From Synechococcus sp. UW140 (GTDB lineage Bacteria > Armatimonadota > Fimbriimonadia > Fimbriimonadales > Fimbriimonadaceae): DNA of 64,000 nt. Shown in pieces: positions 1 to 8,596 of the stretch. Below the pieces are notes generated by a model. The model saw nothing but the letters and a program-made list of their open reading frames with translations, searched no databases and was not told the origin of the DNA. The translations under genes and the position numbers were made by a program. The DNA lies in assembly GCA_943369295.1 (NCBI GenBank), contig CALRMU020000004.1:38479-102478 (forward strand), given 5' to 3'. Position 1 is the first letter of the stretch, and every line of letters starts with the position of its first letter.

Positions 1-716
1 GCCTCTTCCATTTCTCGTAATGATCTAAAGCCGAGCAGTGTTGGTCCCTTTTTGGCTGATGCGGCGAGCAGAGAAAGGTGAGGGTTCGCACCTTTTGCCG
101 CGGTCTGGACCGATGGGTGGTGGCCTAAGGAGTCGCTGCCTCCTAAGGTCAATGGACTGCTCATTACGACTCCGACTCGGCGCGATTCGGCCATAGGACG
201 GAGGCTAGATTCAGTTTCGCCCGATGGAGTCTGCGGGAGCATGATGGCCTCGAAGGCATCGTGGAACTGCCACACGCTCTGTGCCGCCCAGGGTGAGCCT
301 AACACTTGAAGCCCAAAGAACTTGACCAGTCCTTCCTCTCTGGCTTCTTCCATGGCATCCAGGGCACCTGTAATCTGGTGCTCTTCAAGGGCAGTCTTGA
401 CGGGAAGAAAGCAGAATTCAAGGCAGTCTCGACCTAAGGCAGAAAGAAGGGCGAGCAGACTGGCCTGCAGCACACGAGAAGCGGCGGCAGCATCGTTTGC
501 CTTGCTGACCTCACGTCCGATGAGACCGATAAAGGGGACGTCGGCTCCGCGGAGATAGTGCCCCCACATAACTTGTGATGAGGATATTTCGACCGGCGCC
601 TGCCAATGCACGGCCATTTCGGCCATGGCACCTGCCTCACTTAAATCGGCTGGCTGCAGAAGTTTGGGCCAGATCGTGGGGAAGACCTTGTTGGTCCGCC
701 CAAAGGGTTGAATCAC
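1..716 (-). CDS. aldo/keto reductase-like oxidoreductase, partial (C-terminus runs off the window at position 1)
   Basis: Missing from the ORF track because it has no stop inside the window. Manual minus-strand translation from GTG 716 (alternative ATG 626; upstream in-frame stop at 761-759) to position 1 is stop-free. It reads ...RDCLEFCFLPVKTALEEHQITGALDAMEEAREEGLVKFFGLQVLGSPW...ESRRVGVVMSSPLTLGGS..., resembling AKR blocks (ALxxLxxxGKxRxxGxS; GVxVxxxSPLxxG). The + ORF 322..558 is antisense to it and looks spurious. Confidence 0.5.
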   Translation of the reverse strand, partial: MIQPFGRTNKVFPTIWPKLLQPADLSEAGAMAEMAVHWQAPVEISSSQVMWGHYLRGADVPFIGLIGREVSKANDAAAASRVLQASLLALLSALGRDCLEFCFLPVKTALEEHQITGALDAMEEAREEGLVKFFGLQVLGSPWAAQSVWQFHDAFEAIMLPQTPSGETESSLRPMAESRRVGVVMSSPLTLGGSDSLGHHPSVQTAAKGANPHLSLLAASAKKGPTLLGFRSLREMEE

Positions 717-802
717 ATGTTCATTCAACCCGACCAAATAGCAGCAGGGAGGGCCAATCTACCGCGAAGTTCCACGTTACAACTCGGTATCATGGGCCGC
801 TG

Positions 803-1561
803 ATGGACTTTTCATGGCTGTCTGAACCACAAACGTGGATTGCGTTTCTTACCCTTTTGATTTTAGAAATCGTTTTGGGTGTTGATAACATCATCTTCAT
901 CTCTATTCTCTCCGGCAAGCTGCCGCCTGAGCAGAGAAAGAAGGCGTGGCAGATCGGCTTGGGATTGGCTCTGGTTCTGCGCCTGGGACTGCTGTTCATG
1001 ATCAGTTGGATCATGGGATTGAAGGCTGACCTCTTTTTCATGTTCGGTCAAGGAATATCAGGCAAGGATCTGATTCTCATCTTTGGCGGCTTGTTCTTAA
1101 TGTACAAGGCGGTTAAGGAGATTCATGAAAAGCTTGAGGGAGATGAGCATGAAAAGAAGATTGGAGAGGTGACCTTTACCTCGGTCATTATTCAAATCCT
1201 CATCCTCGACCTGGTCTTTTCTCTTGACTCGGTTATCACTGCCGTTGGCATGGTCAAGCATATCGAAATCATGGTCGCGGCGATCCTGGTTGCCGTTGTA
1301 GTGATGTTGGTGCTGGCAGAGAAGATTGCGAACTTTGTTCACAAGCACCCGACCGTTAAGATGCTGGCCTTGGCATTCTTGGTCCTCATCGGTGTGACTC
1401 TTCTGGCTGAAGGAACAGGCAGCAAGATTCCTAAGGAATACATTTATTTCGCCATGGCTTTCTCAGTGCTGGTTGAAGTGCTTAACCTCAAGATGAAGGG
1501 AAGCAAAAAGGTTGTCAAGCTCAACGAAAAGTATGAAGATGAGCCTAAGCCTCTGGCCTAG
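803..1561 (+). CDS. TerC-family integral membrane protein
   Basis: Within track ORF 575..1561. The conserved part begins at ATG 803 (MDFSWLSEPQTWIAFLTLLILEIVLGVDNIIFISIL...). The GVDNIIF and LDSVITAVG motifs and multiple hydrophobic helices are typical of TerC/YoaE-type proteins. The 76-aa upstream extension is Arg/Pro-rich and unlikely to be translated. Confidence 0.8.
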   Translation: MDFSWLSEPQTWIAFLTLLILEIVLGVDNIIFISILSGKLPPEQRKKAWQIGLGLALVLRLGLLFMISWIMGLKADLFFMFGQGISGKDLILIFGGLFLMYKAVKEIHEKLEGDEHEKKIGEVTFTSVIIQILILDLVFSLDSVITAVGMVKHIEIMVAAILVAVVVMLVLAEKIANFVHKHPTVKMLALAFLVLIGVTLLAEGTGSKIPKEYIYFAMAFSVLVEVLNLKMKGSKKVVKLNEKYEDEPKPLA

Positions 1562-1582
1562 CATTCCTTTTCCCAGCCGAAC

Positions 1583-1624
1583 AAAAACCGGGGCCGCAGT
1601 TCAACTGCAGCGCCGGTTTTTGTT
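1583..1624. terminator. bidirectional rho-independent terminator between convergent genes
   Basis: aaaaaCCGGGGCCGCAGttcaaCTGCAGCGCCGGttttt: 12-position stem with 10 pairs, A-run upstream and T-run downstream. It sits between the TerC stop (1561) and the stop of the minus gene (1641). Confidence 0.7.
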
Positions 1625-1640
1625 GTCTTTCTAACTCAGC

Positions 1641-2450
1641 TTATACACCGTCGCCAGCTTCGGCGATCTTGGTGTACCTGCCACCAGCAAACTTGCCTAG
1701 GGTGCTGGATCCGGCTTCGTAACCACCCCAGCGATTGATGATCTCGAGGCCCGGCTTGCCGTCAAGGTTCCAAAGACCAGCAAATGAGGTGTGTCCGGTG
1801 ACTCCACCTTTCACCCCGCCCGTGTAGTAAATGACCGTGTTCTTCACTGTTCGACCAGAAACAGATCGGATCATGGCCAGAGAGAACTCTTCGGTTCTTG
1901 GTCCTTCCACCATGCTAGTGTAAACATTGTACATATCCTTGTCGGATCGGCTTCCAGCATAGATCAGCACTTCCTGAGTGCCATTGCCATCAAGGTCTGC
2001 CTGAATCACAGTGTGCAGCTTGATCGGGGGCTTTTTGTGTCCCTTTGTCTTCAAAAAGTCGCCGACTGCCTTGATGTAGGTGGCCGAAGTGTTGGAGATG
2101 ACATTGTAGGTGGGGGCGGCAGGCTTTGAACCAAACCACACAACGTTGTTGACAGGCAGGGTCCTGTTATTGACGATCCAGCCTCGATCACCAGGTCCAG
2201 CATCATCATTGCCGAAGACCAGGCCAGGGTTCTTTAGTTCCTTGGCTGTCTTGCCAGAAAGAACGAAGCATGAGCCGCTTGAAGCAGCCTTGACAACGGA
2301 ATCATCGATGGTTTTGTTGGGCCAGGATTTGCTGTAAATGCTGTCCATGGGCTTCCAATTGCCGCCTTGAGCAATGGCAAGTGAAAGGTTGTCAACGGCG
2401 AGAATTCCGCTCTGAGGAGCAAGAAGAAGGGAAGCAATAACTCCAACCAT
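1641..2450 (-). CDS. hypothetical secreted protein with FG-GAP/VCBS-like DxDGNG motifs
   Basis: 269-aa ORF with a hydrophobic N-terminus (MVGVIASLLLAPQSG...). Contains ADLDGNGTQEVLIY and WNLDGKPGLEII motifs reminiscent of FG-GAP/VCBS repeats. Function unknown and the start is uncertain. Confidence 0.55.
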   Translation of the reverse strand: MVGVIASLLLAPQSGILAVDNLSLAIAQGGNWKPMDSIYSKSWPNKTIDDSVVKAASSGSCFVLSGKTAKELKNPGLVFGNDDAGPGDRGWIVNNRTLPVNNVVWFGSKPAAPTYNVISNTSATYIKAVGDFLKTKGHKKPPIKLHTVIQADLDGNGTQEVLIYAGSRSDKDMYNVYTSMVEGPRTEEFSLAMIRSVSGRTVKNTVIYYTGGVKGGVTGHTSFAGLWNLDGKPGLEIINRWGGYEAGSSTLGKFAGGRYTKIAEAGDGV

Positions 2451-2519
2451 GACCTGATCTTATACCTGGCAGAAAAGGCGGACATGAAGGAAAAGAATCG
2501 CCAGCCAAATATGCTCATG

Positions 2520-2558
2520 GACTGTAGTTTTCTGGGCGACTGATTGAAAACTACAGTC
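2520..2558. repeat. perfect 13-bp inverted repeat (hairpin; possible terminator or operator)
   Basis: GACTGTAGTTTTC-tgggcgactgatt-GAAAACTACAGTC lies between two co-directional minus-strand ORFs. There is no clear U-tract on the minus strand. Confidence 0.4.
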
Positions 2559-2571
2559 CGTGAGGCTGGTC

Positions 2572-2859
2572 TCAGGGAACCAGCTTGATCTGGTCTGGTC
2601 TGAGTTCAGAGCCCTGGCTGGCAAGTCTGACCTTATCTCCCTTGCTGAAGGCCGACTTGGCTGACTGGAACCGGCTGTGCCTGCAGTCCTTGATCGTCAC
2701 CTTGATTGTGCGGCCTGCCGAAGAAAGGGTCAGCTCGGTCTGGATTCGGTGGCCCAGCTGGCCGGCAAAGTGCCTGCGAATCGTCACATCTTGAACTGTG
2801 TAGGCAGGGATCGCCTGGTCTAAGGCGTGGCTGGCAAGGAGGAGCATTGGGGGGAACAC
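2572..2859 (-). CDS. small hypothetical protein
   Basis: 95-aa ORF starting 22 nt downstream of the glycoside hydrolase gene stop on the same strand. No recognisable motif. Confidence 0.35.
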   Translation of the reverse strand: MFPPMLLLASHALDQAIPAYTVQDVTIRRHFAGQLGHRIQTELTLSSAGRTIKVTIKDCRHSRFQSAKSAFSKGDKVRLASQGSELRPDQIKLVP

Positions 2860-2880
2860 TTGTAATAAACCTCTTTTTAT

Positions 2881-5214
2881 TTAGGGATCAATTTTTGTGC
2901 CAAGTTTGATTACCCCACCCTTCGTCACCAGGGGGTCATGAAGAATTTTGTGGAAGTTTCTGAGCCTGATCTTCGTTGTTCCCGCAAGTCTCTTGGCGCT
3001 ATCGACGAGCAGAAGGTTATCCAGCCTAACCGGCCAGTTCATCACTCCATCATCTGGCCCACCCCACCATCCTGCACCTTTTGCAGAGACATCAAACCGA
3101 ACAATACGCCAGCCCACCCAGTCGATCACGACTCCGTTTGGCTGAAAGGTTTGGCCCTTCGCATCCACGAACCTCGATCGCAAAATGTTTCCGCTGCCAT
3201 CGCCCTCCACCTCAAGACCGTAGCTGACCACTTCTCCTTCCTTGCTCGCCAAGGTGGGGAAGGGCTCGGCACGAATGAGTGAGTAGCTCCAGCCAGCAGG
3301 AAAGGTGGAGGAATAGATCCAGGTTCCTGGCTCGCTCGGGTCAGGTCGTACTGATGCTTGGGGTGGTTTCTCACCTTCGCTGTGGCTGGAGAATTGGGGA
3401 GCTGAATCGTAAAGGGGGACGAGTTTCTGCCAAGGCTGGGCCGCAACAACTCTTCCGTTTAGTGAGACAGAGGCTCGAAACCCTGCCTGTGGCTTGAGAT
3501 CAAGCTTCTGAACGAGACTTCCGTTCACTTGCAGAGGCTTGGCCCCGGCTTGAGTTATGAGCATTAGGCTCCCTTTCCAGCCTGTGGGATTCTTTAGAAG
3601 CATTGTCTCAGAATCAGCTCCGAGTTCTATGGTTAACGGAGTCTTTGGAACGAGAGTCAGGGTTCGAGTCTGAGGGATTGAATTCTTGCCCGCCAATGAT
3701 GCAGTGAAAGCAATCGGCTTGCCTATGCCATAGGCTGCCTTGACTTGATCCAGAAGTGTCTTGAACTGTTCCGCCTTAGTTCTGGGCAGATCAGGCACAC
3801 TGCGAGCCTCTATCTGGAACTGTAAGTTGTCTTCACCCACCGCAAAAACTCTCATTTCATCCTGGGCCCGAACAGCGCGAAGGCTGTCCAGCCATGGGCC
3901 AAGCAGTTTTCGGACATCGCTCTCAGTCTCGACTTCATAAGCTTGGTTCTTAGCTGGGAGCATTGCAAGGCTTCTCAGCCAGTCATCGACCTTTTCAGGC
4001 ACTAGTAACTTCGGAGTGCTGGTGAAGGTGACTCCCTTTTCTCTCGTAAAACTCACCTCTTCAGATCCAGATTCGGAAATCAGGTTGCCCTTGCCCGGGG
4101 TCAAAGGAAGACGGGCAGCGAAGGGCTGGTTGGTCTGGCTCCAAACAGCGAGACGGATTTCTTGGCCCTTCGTGAAGATCAGAATTCTGGCTTCATCGCC
4201 TTCGCTCGGCAGAATGTCTCGACTCACATCCGCGGCAAACTTAAACCCCTTCAGCTCCTTGGCGAAAAAGGCGAGGAGCTTTGACGCTGGCTTGTCGGAC
4301 AGATCGTGGCTCAAAATTCCGAAGTGGTGTTCAGGCTCGTTGGGGTCTGTGCCGTCGTTCTTCCAGTCGTAGTAAATGCTGAGGTTCACGCCCGCCGCCA
4401 GGTTGCTTAGGTACTGGCGGGCGACGTAATCGGCCTTTAGCTGAGGGGTTTGCCCCTTCCAAATGCCGGAGTAGCCCCACTCTCCGCTGAGGAGAGGCAG
4501 GGTTCTGCCTCCGCTGTATTTGGCGGTGAGGAGGCGCAGCTTCTGCCAATCTTCAAACGAAGTTTCTGGCTGAGTCTGCCTGTAAGGATGGACTGAGACA
4601 GCATCGAAGTACTTTAGGACTCCTCTTGTGAAGGTGCCTTCGAGAAAAGCCCAGTCGAACCCGGATGTCGCTGGCCCGATGTACCACTCTTGGGGAGCGA
4701 CTTCTCTCATCATCCTGCCGACAGAGACAGCAAGCCTTGAGTAGAGCTCAACATTTGGCTCCGGCTTCCAAAACAGGGCCAGGTTGGGCTCGTTCCACAT
4801 CTCCCACAAAACGCCTTGGCCCTTGTACCTTTCCACTGCCTTGCGCACAAATTCCACAAAGGCAGCCTGGGCAGCTTCGGTCTTGGGAGCTCCTTTTTCA
4901 TAGAGGTCGTTGCCGTAATCGAGGATGAAGAGGGGGCGGATTTGGTGCTTCTTTAGGTGCCCCATCAGGCGGTCGTAGCCGGAAAAATCGTATTTGCCTT
5001 TTTCTTTCTCGACCTGGCTCCAAAAGAGGTCCATCCTCACCCACTTGATACCGAGCGCTGCCATTTTCTCCATCTCGCCTGGCTGGGGATCGGTGAAATG
5101 GATGTTGACTCCCCAGCCTGAAGGGACCGTCGCGTCTGGCAGGGGGAACCTTTCTCGGTATGAGAGGTTCTGGCTTTGGGCAATGGAGAGGCCGAGGAGG
5201 GTGGCTGAGATCAT
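2881..5214 (-). CDS. glycoside hydrolase, GH5-like (beta/alpha)8 catalytic domain plus long C-terminal region
   Basis: 777-aa ORF with an N-terminal signal-like segment (MISATLLGLSIAQSQ). WGVNIHF...IKWVRMDLFWSQVEKEKGKYDFSGYD...GVLWEMWNEPNL carries the clan GH-A 'NEP' acid/base motif. The ~450-aa C-terminal part has unknown domains. Confidence 0.75.
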   Translation of the reverse strand: MISATLLGLSIAQSQNLSYRERFPLPDATVPSGWGVNIHFTDPQPGEMEKMAALGIKWVRMDLFWSQVEKEKGKYDFSGYDRLMGHLKKHQIRPLFILDYGNDLYEKGAPKTEAAQAAFVEFVRKAVERYKGQGVLWEMWNEPNLALFWKPEPNVELYSRLAVSVGRMMREVAPQEWYIGPATSGFDWAFLEGTFTRGVLKYFDAVSVHPYRQTQPETSFEDWQKLRLLTAKYSGGRTLPLLSGEWGYSGIWKGQTPQLKADYVARQYLSNLAAGVNLSIYYDWKNDGTDPNEPEHHFGILSHDLSDKPASKLLAFFAKELKGFKFAADVSRDILPSEGDEARILIFTKGQEIRLAVWSQTNQPFAARLPLTPGKGNLISESGSEEVSFTREKGVTFTSTPKLLVPEKVDDWLRSLAMLPAKNQAYEVETESDVRKLLGPWLDSLRAVRAQDEMRVFAVGEDNLQFQIEARSVPDLPRTKAEQFKTLLDQVKAAYGIGKPIAFTASLAGKNSIPQTRTLTLVPKTPLTIELGADSETMLLKNPTGWKGSLMLITQAGAKPLQVNGSLVQKLDLKPQAGFRASVSLNGRVVAAQPWQKLVPLYDSAPQFSSHSEGEKPPQASVRPDPSEPGTWIYSSTFPAGWSYSLIRAEPFPTLASKEGEVVSYGLEVEGDGSGNILRSRFVDAKGQTFQPNGVVIDWVGWRIVRFDVSAKGAGWWGGPDDGVMNWPVRLDNLLLVDSAKRLAGTTKIRLRNFHKILHDPLVTKGGVIKLGTKIDP

Positions 5215-5309
5215 TTGTCCCTGTGCTTTATGTTAGCTTGAATCAAGGAGATAAGTGCTTGCAGCTCACGCGTCGCTGGAAAAACAGAATTGCAAAAAAG
5301 AGCGGTGGT

Positions 5310-6440
5310 TAAACCTTCTCATTCCTGGCTGAGCGAAGCTCATCCAGGCCACAGTCACTTGTTGCTTCGATGAGGCTTGCTCTAGATTGCACTGGCGATG
5401 CCAGTGGCACAGGTTTCAGAAATCGAGAGTTTCCAGTTGATTAGTTCGGCCAAAGTGTTCTTGGACTATCAAGCTTTGGTGCCCCGGTCTGGCAGCGAGG
5501 CACGAGCAGAAGGCCGGGAACGGAAAATCAAGCGAAAATCGGGAAAAGTGCCACTGGCATCGCCAGTGCTCTTTTAGGATAGGCCTGAACTAGACTCTCA
5601 GCTGCTGCACCGTTGGCACAACTAGGAGATGAAGAAAGTTCGATTCTCAAGCATTACCATTCCTGGCTGAGCGGAGCTCAATCAGGACACAGTCACTTGT
5701 TGCTTCGACGAAACTTGCCCTAGATCGCACTGGCGATGCCAGTGGCACAGGTTTCAGAAATCGAAAGCCACCTGCTTAGGGTTTGGTGCAATGCGTTCGT
5801 CAGCCGACAAGATATGGTGCCCCGGTCTGGCAGCGAGGCACGAGCTGAAGGCCGGGAAAGGAGAGGTTCTGAACGTGCTATTCACCTCGTTTTCGTGCCA
5901 CTGGCAGCGCCAGTGCTGTTTCACAATGGGCGTGATCTAGACTCCCAGCTGCCGCAGAGTTGGCAAAACTAGGAGATGAAGAAAGTTCGATCCTTAAGCT
6001 TTACCATTCCTGGCTGAGCGGAGCTCAACCAGGCCACAATCACTTGTTGCTTCCACGAAACTTGCCCCAGATTGCACTGGCGATGCCAGTGGCACAGGTT
6101 TCATCTGTTAGAAACCTAAATTGAATACAAACTACAATGCGTTCGTCAGCCGACAAGCTATGTTGCCCCGGTCTGGCAGCGAGGCACGAGCTGAAGGCCG
6201 GGAAAGGACAATCAAGCGAGAATCGGGAAGAGTGCCACTGGCAGCGCCAGTGCTGTTTCACAATGGGCGTGATCTAGACTCTCAGCTGCTGCAGAGCTGG
6301 CAAAACTAGGAGATGAAGAAAGTTCGATCCTCAAGCTTTACTATTCCTGGCTGAGCGAAGCTCAACCAGGCCACAGTCACTTGTTGCTTCGACGAAACTT
6401 GCCCTAGATCGTACTGGCGATGCCAGTGCTTTTTCACCTC
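5310..6440. repeat. tandem array of 3.3 copies of a ~340-bp non-coding unit containing inverted REP-like palindromes
   Basis: The unit landmark ATTCCTGGCTGAGCG recurs at 5321, 5659, 6006 and 6343 (periods 338/347/337). Palindrome CACTGGC-GAT-GCCAGTG occurs at 5390, 5728 and 6075 (degenerate at 6412). Its inverse CACTGGC-A[TG]C-GCCAGTG occurs at 5552, 5899 and 6236. A conserved hairpin block GCCCCGGTCTGGCAGCGAGGCACGAGCWGAAGGCCGGGAA is present in each full unit. No ORF is conserved across all copies. Confidence 0.9.
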
Positions 6441-6519
6441 ACTCGTGGTTGTGACTCACCCTTCATGCTTTGCGACTACTTAGCGAACCCTGTCAAAGCT
6501 GTCAAACCTTTTTGCTCCC

Positions 6520-6562
6520 TCAAAAACAGAAAACTGCCCCTGGCCAGAAGGCCAAGGGCAGT
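6520..6562 (-). terminator. rho-independent terminator of pdhB
   Basis: Minus strand reads ACTGCCCTTGGCC-ttct-GGCCAGGGGCAGT followed by tttctgtttttg, beginning 25 nt after the pdhB stop. Confidence 0.75.
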
Positions 6563-6586
6563 CGAACTTTCCAGCCGCAGAGATTC

Positions 6587-7561
6587 TTACTTGAACTTGC
6601 GGAAGGCAGCGATGACGTCGTTCTCATCCGGGATGCACTCGAGTTCAAGAACTCGCGCATAGGGCATGGGAACATTGAGTCCGCCAACGCGAAGGACGGG
6701 AGCGTCCAGGTCATCGAAGCAGTCTTCGCTGATCGAAGCGGCGAGTTCGCCACCGAAACCACCGAACTTCCAGTCTTCCTGCACCACAATGGCGCGGTGA
6801 GTCTTGCGGACTGATTCGTAGATCGTCGTTCTATCCAAGGGAGCCAAGGATCGAACGTCGACGACTTCAACACTGACTCCTTCCGCCGCCAGCTTTTCTG
6901 CCACAGCCAGGTTGACCTGGGTCATGCGGGAGTAGCCGATGAGGGATACATCAGTTCCTTCTCGCAGGATCTGAGCCTTGCCGAAAGGAACGGTGAAGGT
7001 CTTGTCGTCGGGAATCTCGCCCTTCAGAGTGTAAAGGCCGGGGTTCTCGGTGAAGATGACAGGGTTGTCATCTCGGATCGCCGTTTTGATCATGCCGTAG
7101 ACGTCGGCGACTGTGGCGGGGGCCACAACCTTGAGTCCAGGGCAGTGGGCGTACCAGCCTTCAACCGAGTGGCTGTGCTGAGCAGAGAGCTGCTTGGCAG
7201 CGCCGCCTGGGCCACGGATCACCATGGGGCAGGTGGCCTGGCCACCCGTCATGTAGTGCACCTTGGCAGCGTGGTTGAGAATCTGGTCCATGGCGAGAAT
7301 TGAGAAGGACATAGTCATCATCTCAACAATCGGCCTCAGGCCAGTCATGGCAGCTCCGATCGCGATGCCTGTAAAGCCGGGCTCGGTGATAGGAGTGTCG
7401 ATGATCCTTCGTTCGCCGTACTTGGGCAGAAGACCAGCGGTCACCTTAAAGGTGCCTTCGTAGCGGCCAATGTCTTCTCCCATGATAAAGATGTTGTCAT
7501 CTCTATCAAGCTCTTCAATGATTGCCTGGCGGAGGGCGTCGCGGTAAGTGGTTTGAATCAT
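6587..7561 (-). CDS. pdhB: pyruvate (2-oxoacid) dehydrogenase E1 component, beta subunit
   Basis: 324 aa. ...IFIMGEDIGRYEGTFKVTAGLLPKYGERRIIDTPITEPGFTGIAIGAAMTGLRPIVEMMTMSF... is typical of heterotetrameric E1 beta (transketolase-like Pyr and C-terminal domains). Confidence 0.88.
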   Translation of the reverse strand: MIQTTYRDALRQAIIEELDRDDNIFIMGEDIGRYEGTFKVTAGLLPKYGERRIIDTPITEPGFTGIAIGAAMTGLRPIVEMMTMSFSILAMDQILNHAAKVHYMTGGQATCPMVIRGPGGAAKQLSAQHSHSVEGWYAHCPGLKVVAPATVADVYGMIKTAIRDDNPVIFTENPGLYTLKGEIPDDKTFTVPFGKAQILREGTDVSLIGYSRMTQVNLAVAEKLAAEGVSVEVVDVRSLAPLDRTTIYESVRKTHRAIVVQEDWKFGGFGGELAASISEDCFDDLDAPVLRVGGLNVPMPYARVLELECIPDENDVIAAFRKFK

Positions 7562-7579
7562 TTCTTGCTCCGTGTCCTC

Positions 7580-8596
7580 TTAGTGGCCCTTCTCCGGCTC
7601 AATATCGGAGTAGACGTTGGCGTAGACCTCATCTGGGGCAGGGAATGGCGAGGCATCAGCCTTCTCGTAGATGTCATCCACGGCCAGCCTTAGCTCTTCG
7701 TCAATCTCTTCAAGCTGCTCAGCGGTAAGGATGTTTCTTTCGATGAGAGTGCGCTCCAGTCTCAAAACTGGGTCGCGCTTAAAGTTCTCTTCCTCTTCTT
7801 CCTTTGTTCGGTAAAGCTGCCTGTCGTTGTCGGCTGCGCCATGGCCCGCAAAGCGGTAGTTCATGGCTTCAACCAGATAAGGCTTCTTGTTGGTGCGAAC
7901 GTAATCGACAATTCTCATGGCGTCTTCGCGAACCTGAAGGACATCCATATTGTCGAGCCTTTCGGACTTGATGCCGAAGGGAAGACCTCGCTTGTAGAGC
8001 TGGGTGTCAGAGGCGTGGTACTCAAGCCTCGTGCCCATAGCGAATTCATTGTTTTCAATGACGAAGACAATCGGGAGATCCCACAGAGCAGCCATGTTCA
8101 AGGTTTCAAACACGACGCCAGCGTTGCTGGCTCCATCTCCCAAGTAGCAGATGGTGACTCTGTCTTCGTTTCGGTACTTGGCGGCGAAGGCAAGGCCAGC
8201 ACCAAGCGGGATGTGTCCACCAACGATTCCCCAGCCGCCATAGAAGCAGCGTTCGATATCGTAGATGTGCATCGATCCGCCTTTGCCGTGGCTATAGCCA
8301 CCGCTGCGGCCCATGATTTCGGCCATGACCTTGACCGGGTCGCTGCCCATGATAAGGGGCTGAGCGTGGTCGCGGTAGGCGGTGATCACGTAATCCCAGC
8401 CAGGCTTAAGGGCTTCATTCCAGCCCACGGCAGTCGCTTCCATGCCAATGTAGACATGCATGTAGCCACCAACCTTGCCTTGCCGGTAAGCGACATTGCA
8501 TTTGTCTTCAAAGCGCCGAATGAAGAGCATCTGACGGTAGAGCTCTTCCAGTTTGGCGGGTGAGAGCTGTTCTGGAGTCTGGGCCGTATTCGCCAC
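7580..8596 (-). CDS. pdhA: pyruvate (2-oxoacid) dehydrogenase E1 component, alpha subunit (TPP-binding)
   Basis: 338 aa with a GTG start preceded by gaggaag. Motifs: YRQMLFIRRFEDK...GKVGGYMHVYIGMEA...GKGGSMH...YLGDGASNAG (TPP motif). It lies 18 nt upstream of pdhB. Confidence 0.88.
   Translation of the reverse strand: MANTAQTPEQLSPAKLEELYRQMLFIRRFEDKCNVAYRQGKVGGYMHVYIGMEATAVGWNEALKPGWDYVITAYRDHAQPLIMGSDPVKVMAEIMGRSGGYSHGKGGSMHIYDIERCFYGGWGIVGGHIPLGAGLAFAAKYRNEDRVTICYLGDGASNAGVVFETLNMAALWDLPIVFVIENNEFAMGTRLEYHASDTQLYKRGLPFGIKSERLDNMDVLQVREDAMRIVDYVRTNKKPYLVEAMNYRFAGHGAADNDRQLYRTKEEEEENFKRDPVLRLERTLIERNILTAEQLEEIDEELRLAVDDIYEKADASPFPAPDEVYANVYSDIEPEKGH

Noticed and set aside
627-802. Possible yybP-ykoY (Mn2+) riboswitch upstream of the TerC-family gene
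   Set aside because: TerC genes often carry this riboswitch, and a hairpin GGGTTGAAT/ATTCAACCC is present. I could not find the conserved GGGGAGUAG and 3' GAGA/CUUUG-type cores. Part of the region may be coding for the divergent AKR-like gene if it starts at GTG 716. An Infernal scan with RF00080 would settle it.
5629-5670. 13-codon mini-ORF (MKKVR(F/S)(S/L)S(I/F)TIPG*) spanning every unit junction of the tandem array (also 5976-6017 and 6313-6354), preceded by AGGAG
   Set aside because: The AGGAG abuts the ATG with no spacer. Differences between copies are mostly non-synonymous. Its conservation is explained by the DNA repeat itself. I cannot support it as a gene; only Ribo-seq could revive it.
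5736-6309. Track ORFs 5736..5972 and 6121..6309 (and minus 6040..6261) inside the repeat array, with similar translations
   Set aside because: The similarity simply reflects nucleotide repetition. The equivalent frame in unit A contains a stop (…GTGCTCTTTTAG). Indels between units are not multiples of three, and the products are Arg/Ser-rich and low-complexity.
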